Below are positions 38,715-53,578 of a stretch of DNA of 64,000 bases, piece by piece. The position numbers and the translations under genes were made by a program. Position 1 is the first letter of the stretch. Each line of letters begins with the position of its first letter. The notes under the pieces were generated by a model. It made no database searches and was not told the origin of the DNA. It saw nothing but the letters and a program-made list of their open reading frames with translations. The stretch lies in NCBI RefSeq assembly GCF_016026235.1, contig NZ_CP065613.1; one strand, 5' to 3'. Source of the stretch: Escherichia coli. GTDB taxonomy: Bacteria > Pseudomonadota > Gammaproteobacteria > Enterobacterales > Enterobacteriaceae.

Positions 38715-40055
38715 ATGAGTTCTCAATTTACGACGCCTGTTGTTACTGAAATGCAGGTCATCCCAGTGGCGGGTCATGACAGTATGCTGATGAATCTGAG
38801 TGGTGCACACGCACCGTTCTTTACGCGTAATATTGTGATTATCAAAGATAATTCTGGTCACACTGGCGTAGGGGAAATTCCCGGCGGCGAGAAAATCCGT
38901 AAAACGCTGGAAGATGCGATTCCGCTGGTGGTAGGTAAAACGCTGGGTGAATACAAAAACGTTCTGACGCTGGTGCGTAATACTTTTGCCGATCGTGATG
39001 CTGGTGGGCGCGGTTTGCAGACATTTGATTTGCGTACCACTATTCATGTAGTTACCGGGATAGAAGCGGCAATGCTGGATCTGCTGGGGCAGCATCTGGG
39101 GGTAAACGTGGCATCGCTGCTGGGCGATGGTCAACAGCGTAGCGAAGTCGAAATGCTCGGTTATCTGTTCTTCGTCGGTAATCGCAAAGCCACACCGCTG
39201 CCGTATCAAAGCCAGCCGGATGACTCATGCGACTGGTATCGCCTGCGTCATGAAGAAGCGATGACGCCGGATGCGGTGGTGCGCCTGGCGGAAGCGGCGT
39301 ATGAAAAATATGGCTTCAACGATTTCAAACTGAAAGGCGGTGTACTGGCCGGGGAAGAAGAGGCCGAGTCTATTGTGGCACTGGCGCAACGCTTCCCGCA
39401 GGCGCGTATTACGCTCGATCCTAACGGTGCCTGGTCGCTGAACGAAGCGATTAAAATTGGTAAATACCTGAAAGGGTCGCTGGCTTATGCAGAAGATCCG
39501 TGTGGTGCGGAGCAAGGTTTCTCCGGGCGTGAAGTGATGGCAGAGTTCCGTCGCGCAACTGGCCTGCCGACCGCAACCAATATGATCGCCACCGACTGGC
39601 GGCAGATAGGCCATACGCTCTCCCTGCAATCCGTTGATATCCCGCTGGCGGATCCGCATTTCTGGACGATGCAAGGTTCGGTACGTGTGGCGCAAATGTG
39701 CCATGAATTTGGCCTGACCTGGGGTTCACACTCAAACAACCACTTCGATATTTCCCTGGCGATGTTTACCCATGTTGCCGCCGCTGCACTGGGTAAAATC
39801 ACCGCGATTGATACGCACTGGATTTGGCAGGAAGGCAATCAGCGCTTGACCAAAGAACCGTTTGAGATCAAAGGCGGTCTGGTTCAGGTGCCGGAAAAAC
39901 CGGGGCTGGGTGTAGAAATCGATATGGATCAAGTGATGAAAGCCCATGAGCTGTATCAGAAACACGGGCTTGGCGCGCGTGACGATGCGATGGGAATGCA
40001 GTATCTGATTCCTGGCTGGACGTTCGATAACAAGCGCCCGTGCATGGTGCGTTAA
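38715..40055 (+). CDS. gudD: Glucarate dehydratase
   Basis: 446 aa from ATG 38715 ([25 protein letters not shown]); enolase-superfamily; the track ORF adds 8 aa. Confidence 0.95.
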   Translation: MSSQFTTPVVTEMQVIPVAGHDSMLMNLSGAHAPFFTRNIVIIKDNSGHTGVGEIPGGEKIRKTLEDAIPLVVGKTLGEYKNVLTLVRNTFADRDAGGRGLQTFDLRTTIHVVTGIEAAMLDLLGQHLGVNVASLLGDGQQRSEVEMLGYLFFVGNRKATPLPYQSQPDDSCDWYRLRHEEAMTPDAVVRLAEAAYEKYGFNDFKLKGGVLAGEEEAESIVALAQRFPQARITLDPNGAWSLNEAIKIGKYLKGSLAYAEDPCGAEQGFSGREVMAEFRRATGLPTATNMIATDWRQIGHTLSLQSVDIPLADPHFWTMQGSVRVAQMCHEFGLTWGSHSNNHFDISLAMFTHVAAAALGKITAIDTHWIWQEGNQRLTKEPFEIKGGLVQVPEKPGLGVEIDMDQVMKAHELYQKHGLGARDDAMGMQYLIPGWTFDNKRPCMVR

Positions 40056-40178
40056 GACAGAAAACCAAAACCGGCTCTATCTGGAGCCGGCTTGAGACTG
40101 ATGCTAAACGCAAAATAGCCTGTTGTGCTATGTATCAGGTCTACATCATTTTTTAATTCATTGAATTTAATTGGTTTT

Positions 40179-40218
40179 GTAGGCCGGATAAGGCGTTAAC
40201 GCCGCATCCGGCATAAAC
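40179..40218. repeat. REP element
   Basis: gtaggccggataaggcgttaacgccgcatccggcataaac in the gudD-barA convergent intergenic region. Confidence 0.55.
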
Positions 40219-40286
40219 ACAGGCACTTTGTCACCAATCTGAAACCAGCGTCATAAAAAGCCGATTGCTACTCGACAAGACGTCCG

Positions 40287-43043
40287 TTACCCGAGAATTT
40301 TGCTGGCTTCGCGCGCTACATTATCCATCTCGTCCAACAGTTCCAGCAGCTCCGGCTCCAAATCTTCTTCTTTAGTACCGCTACGTAGCTGTTGTTCGAT
40401 CAGTTGGCAGAGATTCTTCATACGCGGCACACCGCTATAGCCGCAACTGCCATGCAGTTTATGAATCAAATCAACCAGGCCTTCCGGGTTTTCTCCAACC
40501 AGCTGTTCCTCAACTTTGTTGCGAACTTCAGGCAGGAAATCGAGTAACATTTGCAGCATATCGCGCGCTAAATCGGTTTTTCCTGCTGCCTGGCGTAGTG
40601 CCAGTTGCCAGTCGAGGGTCGCATTCGGGTTCACCACAATTTCGTTGACTTCGGGCGTCACGACGCGAGAGGAAATACCGCTGCCAGGCTTGTAGCGCAA
40701 CAACAAATTATGCAATCGCTCTTCTTCAATCGGTTTCGCCAGATAATCGCTCATCCCTGCGCCAAGCAGCTTCTCTTTTTGCCCGGCCATTGCATGCGCC
40801 GTTACCGCGATAACCGGCGTTTGTTGCTGATGGGGGAGCTGGTGGATGAGCTCGCAGGCCCGAATGCCATCCATGTCAGGCATTTGAATATCCATTAAGA
40901 TCAAATCGAACGGCATCTGTTTCGCCCGTTCAACCGCCTGATGCCCGCTATCGCAAAGTTCCACATGTTGCACCATATCTTCCAGCAATGCGCCGATAAG
41001 TTTCAGGTTAGCGGGGTTGTCATCAACTGCCATGACTGTCATTGCCAGCTTGCTTTCATCGGTTACAGGCAAAAGCGTGTTTTGTTTGTGATGACAAAAT
41101 TCCGTCAGGGCAGGCAACAGGCGCGTAGGTGTTAATGGTTTCAGCAGACACGCGCCGATACCATCTTGCTTGAGTTTTTCTGCATTGACTTGTGCATGGC
41201 AAGGAAGTGCCAGCATCAGGAAATCGGTCATCGATACCGCTTTCGCTAATCGCTCATGTTGCATTGTTAGCGGCTCGCGGAAGGTCACCGCGATGCCTAA
41301 CAACATCATGTCGTAATGCGCGGGAGGCAGCGCGGAGAACGTTGGGCTATAAACCACTTCCAGCGGCGTTTCACTTAAAATATCCAGCGTGCATTGCGCT
41401 GCTGCGGAGTTTGGTTCGACATAGGCCAGGCGCTTACCGGCGAGGCACTGGGTGGATGGCCCTTCGATAATAATGTTCGGGTTCAGATCGAGATTAATGT
41501 GGAACCAGAAAGTTGAACCGCGATTCGGCTGGCTATGGAACGAAATATCGCCGCCCATTTCATTAACCAGTTTTTGTGTAATCACCAGCCCCAGACCGGT
41601 GCCACCATGACGGCGGGAAATACTGGCATCAGCCTGTCGGAAGGCCTGGAATAAGCGCGATTGATCGCGTTCAGGAATACCAATGCCGGTATCCCGAATC
41701 TGCACTTCAATCTGCACTTTGGTATTACTCAGCGCACGTTTTTCTACCAGAATATCAATGTTGCCATTCTCGGTGAATTTAATTGCATTCCCCACCAGGT
41801 TAGTGATGATTTGCTGTAATCGCAGTGGGTCGCCGATCACGTTATCAGGCACGTCGCTTTTAATATTGAGCGTCAGTTCCAACCCTTTATCGTGAGAAGA
41901 ATGTGCCAGCAGAGTAACGACTTCATCCAGCGTGCTGCGTAGTGGGAATGGAATACTTTCCAGAATCAGCTTACCTGCTTCCAGTTTCGAGAAGTCGAGA
42001 ACATCATTAATAATTGCCAGCAAATTATTTGCCGAACGTTCAATCGTATTCAGGTGATCGCGCTGCGTTGGTGTTAATTCTGTTTTCAGCGTCAGGCGGG
42101 TAAAGCCAATAACACCATTCAGTGGTGTACGCAGTTCGTGTGACATATTTGCCAGAAACTCGGATTTAATACGCGCCGCTTCCTGGGCGCGCTTTTTCGC
42201 CAGATCTAACTCAACGTTCTGAATTTCCATCTGCTCCAGCGTTTCACGCAGATCGGACGTCGCCTGGTCGATATTGTGCTGCATCTCTTCGTGATAAGCA
42301 GCCAGCGACATTGCCATCGAGTTGATACCGTTTTTCAGCATATCCAGCTCGCCGAGCATAAATCCTTCCACCCGGCTGTCGAGTTGCCCGCGACGGATGC
42401 GGTCGACGGTATTCACCATGTTGCGAATCGGACCGGTTACATCGCGCATTAAGCGCCAGCCAAAAATAAGCGCAATACCGATACAAAACAGCATCATCAC
42501 GCTGGAAATAAAGATCTCTTTATATTGCTGCAAGCGAACCGATTTAAGATCCAGCTCAAGCGCAATATATCCCAACATATTTTGACTATTTTTGGCATCG
42601 CTACTGGGCGATTCGTCGGGGGAGTAACTCTCAGAAATAATCGGCGTGCGGAGGATCATAATATCGCCGTCACGAGTGACAGTGAGCTGGCGAGGAAACG
42701 GCACGTTGCTGCCGAGCTGCATTGATGAGGGATCAAGATGAAAATTGGAGGTGACAAAGAGTCGGTTATTTTCATCATAAACCGAAATCGCGCGAACAAT
42801 ATCGGAATGGCGACGATGCAGTACGCTTATTAACTGACCGATAGATTCGCGATTTTGCAGGCTCATGCCATATTCAGTAGAAACTGCAAGCGGCTCAATA
42901 ATGCTGGCACCGGCATCTTCCAGTTGACGCTGCAAGTCGTTATAGCGATGCACGACGAAAAAGATACTCAGCAATAAACCAATAAGGACGGTCGGTGCCA
43001 GGATCAGAATCATCATGCGTGCGCGCAGGCTGTAGTTGGTCAT
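40287..43043 (-). CDS. barA: Hybrid sensor histidine kinase BarA
   Basis: 918 aa; HisKA (SHELRTPLN), receiver and HPt regions; matches recalled BarA. Confidence 0.95.
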
Positions 43044-43099
43044 GGAGTTCCGTTATGGGACAATTAAGGTCACACTGTTAAATTGAGAAAGTCTCGCCA

Positions 43100-44401
43100 A
43101 TGGCGCAATTCTACTCTGCAAAACGACGCACGACGACGCGTCAGATCATAACCGTTTCAGTCAACGACCTCGACTCTTTTGGTCAGGGCGTGGCGCGACA
43201 TAACGGCAAAACGTTATTTATCCCCGGATTATTGCCGCAGGAAAACGCGGAAGTTGCTGTTACTGAAGATAAAAAACAGTATGCCCGCGCTAAAGTCGTA
43301 CGCCGGTTAAGCGATAGCCCGGAACGCGAAACACCACGCTGTCCTCATTTTGGCGTATGCGGCGGCTGTCAGCAACAACACGCCAGCGTGGATTTACAGC
43401 AGCGAAGCAAAAGTGCGGCACTCGCCCGATTAATGAAACACGATGTCTCTGAAGTGATCGCCGATGTTCCCTGGGGCTATCGCCGCCGCGCGCGTTTAAG
43501 TCTGAACTACTTACCGAAAACACAGCAACTTCAGATGGGGTTTCGCAAAGCGGGCTCCAGTGACATTGTCGACGTTAAACAATGCCCCATTTTAGTGCCC
43601 CAACTTGAAGCATTGCTGCCCAAAGTCAGGGCATGCCTGGGCAGCTTACAAGCTATACGCCATCTTGGTCATGTTGAACTGGTACAGGCAACCAGCGGCA
43701 CGCTGATGATTTTGCGCCATACCGCACCGCTAAGTTCGGCAGATCGCGAAAAACTGGAACGCTTTTCGCATTCTGAAGGCCTGGATCTGTATCTCGCCCC
43801 CGATAGTGAGATACTCGAAACCGTCTCTGGTGAGATGCCCTGGTATGACTCAAACGGGTTGCGCTTAACTTTTAGCCCGCGCGATTTTATTCAGGTCAAT
43901 GCGGGTGTGAACCAAAAAATGGTAGCGCGTGCGTTGGAATGGCTGGATGTGCAACCTGAAGATCGCGTACTGGATCTGTTCTGCGGTATGGGCAACTTTA
44001 CACTGCCATTGGCGAAACAAGCAGCCAGTGTGGTCGGTGTAGAAGGTGTTCCGGCGCTGGTGGAAAAAGGCCAGCAGAATGCGCGTCTTAATGGTTTACA
44101 GAATGTGACGTTTTATCACGAAAATCTTGAAGAAGATGTCACAAAGCAGCCGTGGGCGAAAAACGGCTTCGATAAAGTGTTGCTGGACCCGGCGCGAGCA
44201 GGTGCCGCAGGTGTTATGCAGCAAATTATAAAACTGGAACCTATTCGTATAGTTTATGTATCCTGTAACCCTGCAACGCTGGCTCGGGATAGCGAAGCGT
44301 TATTAAAAGCAGGATATACCATTGCGCGACTGGCGATGCTGGATATGTTCCCACACACGGGACATCTGGAATCGATGGTACTTTTCTCGCGCGTTAAATA
44401 G
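43100..44401 (+). CDS. rlmD: 23S rRNA (uracil1939-C5)-methyltransferase
   Basis: 433 aa; Fe-S cysteines [10 protein letters not shown]; matches recalled RlmD/RumA. Confidence 0.9.
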   Translation: MAQFYSAKRRTTTRQIITVSVNDLDSFGQGVARHNGKTLFIPGLLPQENAEVAVTEDKKQYARAKVVRRLSDSPERETPRCPHFGVCGGCQQQHASVDLQQRSKSAALARLMKHDVSEVIADVPWGYRRRARLSLNYLPKTQQLQMGFRKAGSSDIVDVKQCPILVPQLEALLPKVRACLGSLQAIRHLGHVELVQATSGTLMILRHTAPLSSADREKLERFSHSEGLDLYLAPDSEILETVSGEMPWYDSNGLRLTFSPRDFIQVNAGVNQKMVARALEWLDVQPEDRVLDLFCGMGNFTLPLAKQAASVVGVEGVPALVEKGQQNARLNGLQNVTFYHENLEEDVTKQPWAKNGFDKVLLDPARAGAAGVMQQIIKLEPIRIVYVSCNPATLARDSEALLKAGYTIARLAMLDMFPHTGHLESMVLFSRVK

Positions 44402-44448
44402 TTACGATTTGCCGATTTCGGCAGGTCTGGTCCCTAAAGGAGAGGACA

Positions 44449-46683
44449 ATGGTTGCGGTAAGAAGTGCACATATCAATAAGGCTGGTGAATTTGATCCGG
44501 AAAAATGGATCGCAAGTCTGGGTATTACCAGCCAGAAGTCGTGTGAGTGCTTAGCCGAAACCTGGGCGTATTGTCTGCAACAGACGCAGGGGCATCCGGA
44601 TGCCAGTCTGTTATTGTGGCGTGGTGTTGAGATGGTGGAGATCCTCTCGACATTAAGTATGGACATTGACACGCTGCGGGCGGCGCTGCTGTTCCCTCTG
44701 GCTGATGCCAACGTAGTCAGCGAAGATGTGCTGCGTGAGAGCGTCGGTAAGTCGGTCGTTAACCTTATTCACGGCGTGCGTGATATGGCGGCGATCCGCC
44801 AGCTGAAAGCGACGCACACTGATTCTGTTTCCTCCGAACAGGTCGATAACGTTCGCCGGATGTTATTGGCGATGGTCGATGATTTTCGCTGCGTGGTCAT
44901 CAAACTGGCGGAGCGTATTGCTCATCTGCGCGAAGTAAAAGATGCGCCGGAAGATGAACGCGTACTGGCGGCAAAAGAGTGCACCAATATCTACGCGCCG
45001 TTGGCGAACCGTCTTGGGATTGGGCAACTGAAATGGGAGCTGGAAGATTACTGCTTCCGTTATCTCCACCCGACCGAATACAAACGCATCGCAAAACTGC
45101 TGCATGAACGCCGTCTCGACCGCGAACACTATATCGAAGAGTTTGTCGGCCATCTGCGCGCTGAGATGAAAGCTGAAGGCGTTAAAGCTGAAGTGTATGG
45201 TCGTCCGAAACACATCTACAGCATCTGGCGTAAAATGCAGAAAAAGAACCTCGCCTTTGATGAGCTGTTTGATGTGCGTGCGGTACGTATTGTCGCCGAG
45301 CGTTTACAGGATTGCTATGCCGCACTGGGGATAGTGCACACTCACTATCGCCACCTGCCGGATGAGTTTGACGATTATGTCGCTAACCCGAAACCAAACG
45401 GTTATCAGTCTATTCATACCGTGGTTCTGGGGCCAGGTGGCAAAACCGTTGAGATCCAAATCCGCACCAAACAGATGCATGAAGATGCAGAGTTGGGTGT
45501 TGCTGCGCACTGGAAATATAAAGAGGGCGCGGCAGCTGGCGGCGCACGTTCGGGACATGAAGACCGGATTGCCTGGCTGCGTAAACTGATTGCGTGGCAG
45601 GAAGAGATGGCTGATTCCGGCGAAATGCTCGACGAAGTACGCAGCCAGGTCTTTGACGACCGGGTGTATGTCTTTACGCCGAAAGGTGATGTCGTTGATT
45701 TGCCTGCGGGATCAACGCCGCTGGACTTCGCTTACCACATCCACAGTGATGTCGGACACCGCTGCATCGGGGCAAAAATTGGCGGGCGCATTGTGCCGTT
45801 CACCTACCAGCTGCAGATGGGCGACCAGATTGAAATTATCACCCAGAAACAGCCGAACCCCAGCCGTGACTGGTTAAACCCAAACCTCGGTTACGTCACA
45901 ACCAGCCGTGGGCGTTCGAAAATTCACGCCTGGTTCCGTAAACAGGACCGTGACAAAAACATTCTGGCTGGGCGGCAAATCCTTGACGACGAGCTGGAAC
46001 ATCTGGGGATCAGCCTGAAAGAAGCAGAAAAACATCTGCTGCCGCGTTACAACTTTAATGATGTCGACGAGTTGCTGGCGGCGATTGGTGGCGGGGATAT
46101 CCGTCTCAATCAGATGGTGAACTTCCTGCAATCGCAATTTAATAAGCCGAGTGCCGAAGAGCAGGACGCCGCCGCGCTGAAGCAACTTCAGCAAAAAAGC
46201 TACACGCCGCAAAACCGCAGTAAAGATAACGGTCGCGTGGTAGTCGAAGGTGTTGGCAACCTGATGCACCACATCGCGCGCTGCTGCCAGCCGATTCCTG
46301 GAGATGAGATTGTCGGCTTCATTACCCAGGGGCGCGGTATTTCAGTACACCGCGCCGATTGCGAACAACTGGCGGAACTGCGCTCCCATGCGCCAGAACG
46401 CATTGTTGACGCGGTATGGGGTGAGAGCTACTCCGCCGGATATTCGCTGGTGGTCCGCGTGGTGGCTAATGATCGTAGTGGGTTGTTACGTGATATCACG
46501 ACCATTCTCGCCAACGAGAAGGTGAACGTGCTTGGCGTTGCCAGCCGTAGCGACACCAAACAGCAACTGGCAACCATCGACATGACCATTGAGATTTACA
46601 ACCTGCAGGTGCTGGGCCGCGTGCTGGGTAAACTCAACCAGGTGCCGGATGTTATCGACGCGCGTCGGTTGCACGGGAGTTAG
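44449..46683 (+). CDS. relA: GTP pyrophosphokinase (ppGpp synthetase I)
   Basis: 744 aa; matches recalled RelA. Confidence 0.95.
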   Translation: MVAVRSAHINKAGEFDPEKWIASLGITSQKSCECLAETWAYCLQQTQGHPDASLLLWRGVEMVEILSTLSMDIDTLRAALLFPLADANVVSEDVLRESVGKSVVNLIHGVRDMAAIRQLKATHTDSVSSEQVDNVRRMLLAMVDDFRCVVIKLAERIAHLREVKDAPEDERVLAAKECTNIYAPLANRLGIGQLKWELEDYCFRYLHPTEYKRIAKLLHERRLDREHYIEEFVGHLRAEMKAEGVKAEVYGRPKHIYSIWRKMQKKNLAFDELFDVRAVRIVAERLQDCYAALGIVHTHYRHLPDEFDDYVANPKPNGYQSIHTVVLGPGGKTVEIQIRTKQMHEDAELGVAAHWKYKEGAAAGGARSGHEDRIAWLRKLIAWQEEMADSGEMLDEVRSQVFDDRVYVFTPKGDVVDLPAGSTPLDFAYHIHSDVGHRCIGAKIGGRIVPFTYQLQMGDQIEIITQKQPNPSRDWLNPNLGYVTTSRGRSKIHAWFRKQDRDKNILAGRQILDDELEHLGISLKEAEKHLLPRYNFNDVDELLAAIGGGDIRLNQMVNFLQSQFNKPSAEEQDAAALKQLQQKSYTPQNRSKDNGRVVVEGVGNLMHHIARCCQPIPGDEIVGFITQGRGISVHRADCEQLAELRSHAPERIVDAVWGESYSAGYSLVVRVVANDRSGLLRDITTILANEKVNVLGVASRSDTKQQLATIDMTIEIYNLQVLGRVLGKLNQVPDVIDARRLHGS

Positions 46684-46697
46684 GCAGAAATTTGCTC

Positions 46698-46745
46698 GTA
46701 TCTACAATGTAGATTGATATATACTGTATCTACATATGATAGCGG
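46698..46745. promoter_or_regulatory. mazEF promoter/operator with palindromic sequence
   Basis: atctacaatgtagat and tatctacatat palindromic blocks just upstream of mazE, consistent with the described MazE/MazF autoregulatory operator. Confidence 0.5.
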
Positions 46746-46760
46746 TTTGAGGAAAGGGTT

Positions 46761-47009
46761 ATGATCCACAGTAGCGTAAAGCGTTGGGGAAATTCACCGG
46801 CGGTGCGGATCCCGGCTACGTTAATGCAGGCGCTCAATCTGAATATTGATGATGAAGTGAAGATTGACCTGGTGGATGGCAAATTAATTATTGAGCCAGT
46901 GCGTAAAGAGCCCGTATTTACGCTTGCTGAACTGGTCAACGACATCACGCCGGAAAACCTCCACGAGAATATCGACTGGGGAGAGCCGAAAGATAAGGAA
47001 GTCTGGTAA
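46761..47009 (+). CDS. mazE: Antitoxin MazE
   Basis: 82 aa; matches recalled MazE. Confidence 0.95.
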
Positions 47010-47344
47010 TGGTAAGCCGATACGTACCCGATATGGGCGATCTGATTTGGGTTGATTTTGACCCGACAAAAGGTAGCGAGCAAGCTGGACATCGTCCAGC
47101 TGTTGTCCTGAGTCCTTTCATGTACAACAACAAAACAGGTATGTGTCTGTGTGTTCCTTGTACAACGCAATCAAAAGGATATCCGTTCGAAGTTGTTTTA
47201 TCCGGTCAGGAACGTGATGGCGTAGCGTTAGCTGATCAGGTAAAAAGTATCGCCTGGCGGGCAAGAGGAGCAACGAAGAAAGGAACAGTTGCCCCAGAGG
47301 AATTACAACTCATTAAAGCCAAAATTAACGTACTGATTGGGTAG
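47009..47344 (+). CDS. mazF: mRNA interferase toxin MazF
   Basis: 111 aa; start overlaps the mazE stop; matches recalled MazF. Confidence 0.95.
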   Translation: MVSRYVPDMGDLIWVDFDPTKGSEQAGHRPAVVLSPFMYNNKTGMCLCVPCTTQSKGYPFEVVLSGQERDGVALADQVKSIAWRARGATKKGTVAPEELQLIKAKINVLIG

Positions 47345-47414
47345 TGTTACTAACTCACTTCTATTCTGGTCACAGGTTTCCACCTGACAGACCCGCAATT
47401 TTCAGGACAATTCA

Positions 47415-48206
47415 ATGAATCAAATCGACCGTTTGCTCACTATTATGCAGCGCCTGCGCGATCCGGAAAACGGCTGCCCGTGGGATAAAGAGCAGACATT
47501 TGCCACCATTGCGCCTTACACCCTTGAAGAAACCTACGAAGTGCTGGACGCCATCGCCCGTGAAGATTTTGACGATCTTCGCGGTGAACTGGGCGATCTG
47601 CTATTCCAGGTGGTGTTTTACGCGCAAATGGCTCAGGAAGAAGGGCGCTTTGACTTTAATGATATTTGCGCTGCTATTAGCGATAAATTAGAGCGTCGCC
47701 ATCCGCATGTTTTTGCTGATAGTTCTGCCGAAAACAGTAGTGAAGTGCTTGCCCGTTGGGAGCAAATCAAAACCGAAGAGCGCGCGCAGAAAGCGCAGCA
47801 TTCGGCGCTGGACGATATTCCTCGTAGTTTACCGGCTTTAATGCGGGCGCAAAAAATCCAGAAACGTTGCGCCAACGTTGGCTTCGACTGGACGACGCTT
47901 GGCCCGGTGGTTGATAAAGTCTACGAAGAGATCGACGAGGTGATGTACGAGGCGCGGCAGGCTGTTGTCGACCAGGCTAAACTGGAGGAGGAAATGGGGG
48001 ACCTGCTGTTTGCCACGGTTAATCTGGCTCGCCATTTAGGGACGAAAGCAGAAATCGCATTGCAAAAAGCGAACGAAAAATTCGAGCGTCGTTTTCGCGA
48101 AGTGGAGCGTATTGTTGCCGCGCGTGGACTGGAAATGACAGGTGTTGACCTCGAAACAATGGAAGAAGTCTGGCAACAGGTAAAACGGCAGGAAATTGAT
48201 CTCTAA
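47415..48206 (+). CDS. mazG: Nucleoside triphosphate pyrophosphohydrolase MazG
   Basis: 263 aa; matches recalled MazG. Confidence 0.9.
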   Translation: MNQIDRLLTIMQRLRDPENGCPWDKEQTFATIAPYTLEETYEVLDAIAREDFDDLRGELGDLLFQVVFYAQMAQEEGRFDFNDICAAISDKLERRHPHVFADSSAENSSEVLARWEQIKTEERAQKAQHSALDDIPRSLPALMRAQKIQKRCANVGFDWTTLGPVVDKVYEEIDEVMYEARQAVVDQAKLEEEMGDLLFATVNLARHLGTKAEIALQKANEKFERRFREVERIVAARGLEMTGVDLETMEEVWQQVKRQEIDL

Positions 48207-48418
48207 GGGAATTACGCGGTCAAGCGCCATTTGTGTCATTTTTTAAATGACAAGCGCTTGATTTGCGTCAAAAACATTTACCCCAAAGGGGCTATTTTCT
48301 CACTCCTGATTTCAATAGTGCGCTGGCGAAGAGGAGGGATAATGAAAGTTTGTGGCACAGGTCATGTTCGGGTATACTGCTTTCCCGTCCTGGTTATTCC
48401 ATCGTCTTTTCAACCTAA

Positions 48419-50071
<1,653 letters not shown>

Positions 50072-50143
50072 GTAAAAAAGTTAGAACGGCAACGCGTACC
50101 CTGGGTACGCGTTGTTTGTCTGGAGTTTCAGTTTAACTAGTGA

Positions 50144-51457
<1,314 letters not shown>

Positions 51458-51475
51458 GACTGACTTTATCTGATT

Positions 51476-51508
51476 TAAAAATGCCAGCCTCCGGGCTGGC
51501 ATTTTTTA
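51476..51508. terminator. Rho-independent terminator (bidirectional) after eno
   Basis: aaaaaTGCCAGCCtccgGGCTGGCAtttttta: 8-bp GC-rich stem flanked by A and T runs. Confidence 0.8.
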
Positions 51509-51516
51509 TGGTTGAG

Positions 51517-52410
51517 TTACCAGCGGCCGGATGCGCCGCCACCTCCAGAAGAACCGCCACCGCCGCTAAATCCGCCGCCACTTGAGCCTCCACCGGAAGA
51601 GGATGAAGAAGAACCTTTTCTTGAAGCTCTTTCTTTACTGAGTTTTTTGTATTTGGCGCGTAGCTTTTTATTGACGATAAGCCAAAAAATAACCAGTGGT
51701 ACGATCGCAAAAGGCGTTAACATACCGCAGGCAACGATTAAATTGGTCCATGGTCCTGGCTCGGCAACATAGAGGAATACCATCCCGTAAATGGCGCCAG
51801 TGAGAGTGATCTAGGGTAAATTCGACGGATCGGTAAAAACAATAAAATATGAAAGTACCGCCAGCAATATAATTACAGCAAGCGATAATGGAATAGGGGG
51901 ATTGATACTGTAATAATCCCCCCTGTCTTCCGGTAATTCACCATTTAACAGAAGCGCGCCGATATTTTCGCTTGCCAGTGTTAATCCACCCATCAGGTCA
52001 TCACTTTTGAAGGCAGGGATCAATATATCCCTGATAATCTTCGCCGCTTGCAGGTCGGTAACCACCCCTTCCAGCCCGTAGCCAACCTCAATACGAACAG
52101 CATGATCCTCCTAGGCAACCAGAAGTAAAATACCATCGTTTCTCTGCTTATCTCCCAGTTTCCAGCTATCAAAAACCCTTGTAGCATATTGTTCAATGGA
52201 ATCGTCTCCGGTGGACGGCACTACTAATACAGCGACCTGCGCCCGTGTTTTATGTGTAATATCCTGCAGTTGCTGTGTCAGTGATTGTTGTTCAGAAGTG
52301 CTTAACGTACCAGTAATATCGGTCACCTGTTGGCGCAGTTCCGGCACAGCAATTTGCTGGGCAAGCCCAGGAAGGCACCACAAAGTGAATAGAATAAAGA
52401 TTAAGCGCAT
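51517..52410 (-). pseudogene. ygcG: TPM-domain protein (YgcG-like paralog 3) with two in-frame amber stops
   Basis: One continuous frame (signal peptide MRLIFILFTLWCLPGLA, TPM domain, TM region, Gly/Ser-rich tail ...GGGGSSGGGGASGRW) is broken by TAG at 52111-52113 and 51811-51813 (plus strand CTA); the first aligns to a conserved Trp in the paralogs (LLLVAWQDH). Confidence 0.7.
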
Positions 52411-52415
52411 TACGA

Positions 52416-53564
52416 TCACCAACGGCCGGATGAACCGCCGCCTCCTGAAGAACCGCCACCACCGCGGAAAGAATTTCTCGACGAAGAGCGAGAATGAGCA
52501 TTACGATTCCCCGTTTTCCTGTTGCTTTTTTCTCCTGACCCCAGCTTAAGATTGCCAGTAAATTTGGCCACAATGATCAGCAGAACGATGCCAGCAATGG
52601 TTATTGGGCCGATAAAATGATCAATTAACCCAATAATTGTTGAGATGAATGCAATATCTTTATTACTGGCGAACACCAGGCACCATCCCACAATAATTAT
52701 CAGCATCACGACAAACAATGAATTTCGTCCTGATTCACGAACCTGCGGAGTCTTCTTTTGTTTTTTCACTTTAGCGTTTTTATTTTTTGGGGGCAGCATC
52801 ATAGGAAATACGCGGCACATATTAAAAACTACCGCGAGACGCTGCTTGCAGGTTGTTGCTAACAATAAACTAAAACAAACGACCGATACCCGCCGAATGA
52901 TGACATCGTCCTGAAAGGAGAAAAACCAGACCATAGGGGTAATCATCGATATCATCCATATGCCACGCCGTGGGCGGCTGGCAAATCGCCAGAGGACAAC
53001 GATGGCAACGATCATCAGCAGTGTCCAGGCAAGACATGGCAGCGAACGTTGCGGATTAGCAAACAGATGATTGGCTAAAGCATCCAAAGGGCTAAGGTTC
53101 GCTTTGATATGGGTAAACTGTGCGATGCTTTCAATTCCGCCCGTTAATCCAGCAAAGAGATTGTTTTTTTCGAATTCTGGCTGCATATGGTAACGAACAA
53201 TTTGCGCAGCTTGTTCCGGCGGCAACATCTCTTCCAGTCCATGTCCAATCTTCATTGACGCCAGCCCTTCCGGCCAAACGACGAGAATTAAGATACCTTC
53301 GCCATATCGCTTCTCTCCAACGGGTTTCCAGTGATATACCCCGTAGCTCTGCGAGGCTGCAAGTTTAATGTTTTTGCCCCCTGTTGTCGGCGTAACCAAC
53401 ACGGCCACCTGGAAGTGGTTTTGCTGCTCGAGAGTCTGTAATTGTTGATTTAAAGCACTTTGTTCTTCTGTCGTTAATGTCCCGGTTAAGTCAGTCACTG
53501 AAGGCAATCGTTCAGCGAATACCTGAAAACCGCATAGCATCAGAAGTAAGAGAAAAATACGCAT
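52416..53564 (-). CDS. TPM-domain membrane protein (paralog 2), Gly/Ser-rich C-terminus
   Basis: 382 aa; signal peptide, TPM-like N-terminal domain, several hydrophobic segments, tail ...RGGGGSSGGGGSSGRW. Confidence 0.75.
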   Translation of the reverse strand: MRIFLLLLMLCGFQVFAERLPSVTDLTGTLTTEEQSALNQQLQTLEQQNHFQVAVLVTPTTGGKNIKLAASQSYGVYHWKPVGEKRYGEGILILVVWPEGLASMKIGHGLEEMLPPEQAAQIVRYHMQPEFEKNNLFAGLTGGIESIAQFTHIKANLSPLDALANHLFANPQRSLPCLAWTLLMIVAIVVLWRFASRPRRGIWMISMITPMVWFFSFQDDVIIRRVSVVCFSLLLATTCKQRLAVVFNMCRVFPMMLPPKNKNAKVKKQKKTPQVRESGRNSLFVVMLIIIVGWCLVFASNKDIAFISTIIGLIDHFIGPITIAGIVLLIIVAKFTGNLKLGSGEKSNRKTGNRNAHSRSSSRNSFRGGGGSSGGGGSSGRW

Positions 53565-53578
53565 ATCAATTCCTTTTG

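Noticed and set aside
38688-39838. Several minus-strand ORFs of 117-189 aa within gudX and gudD
   Set aside because: Antisense to well-supported enolase-superfamily genes, with no start-site context.
51512-51772. Proline-rich 86-aa ORF on the plus strand
   Set aside because: Antisense translation of the Gly/Ser-rich tail of the TPM gene (GGN codons read as CCN on the other strand).
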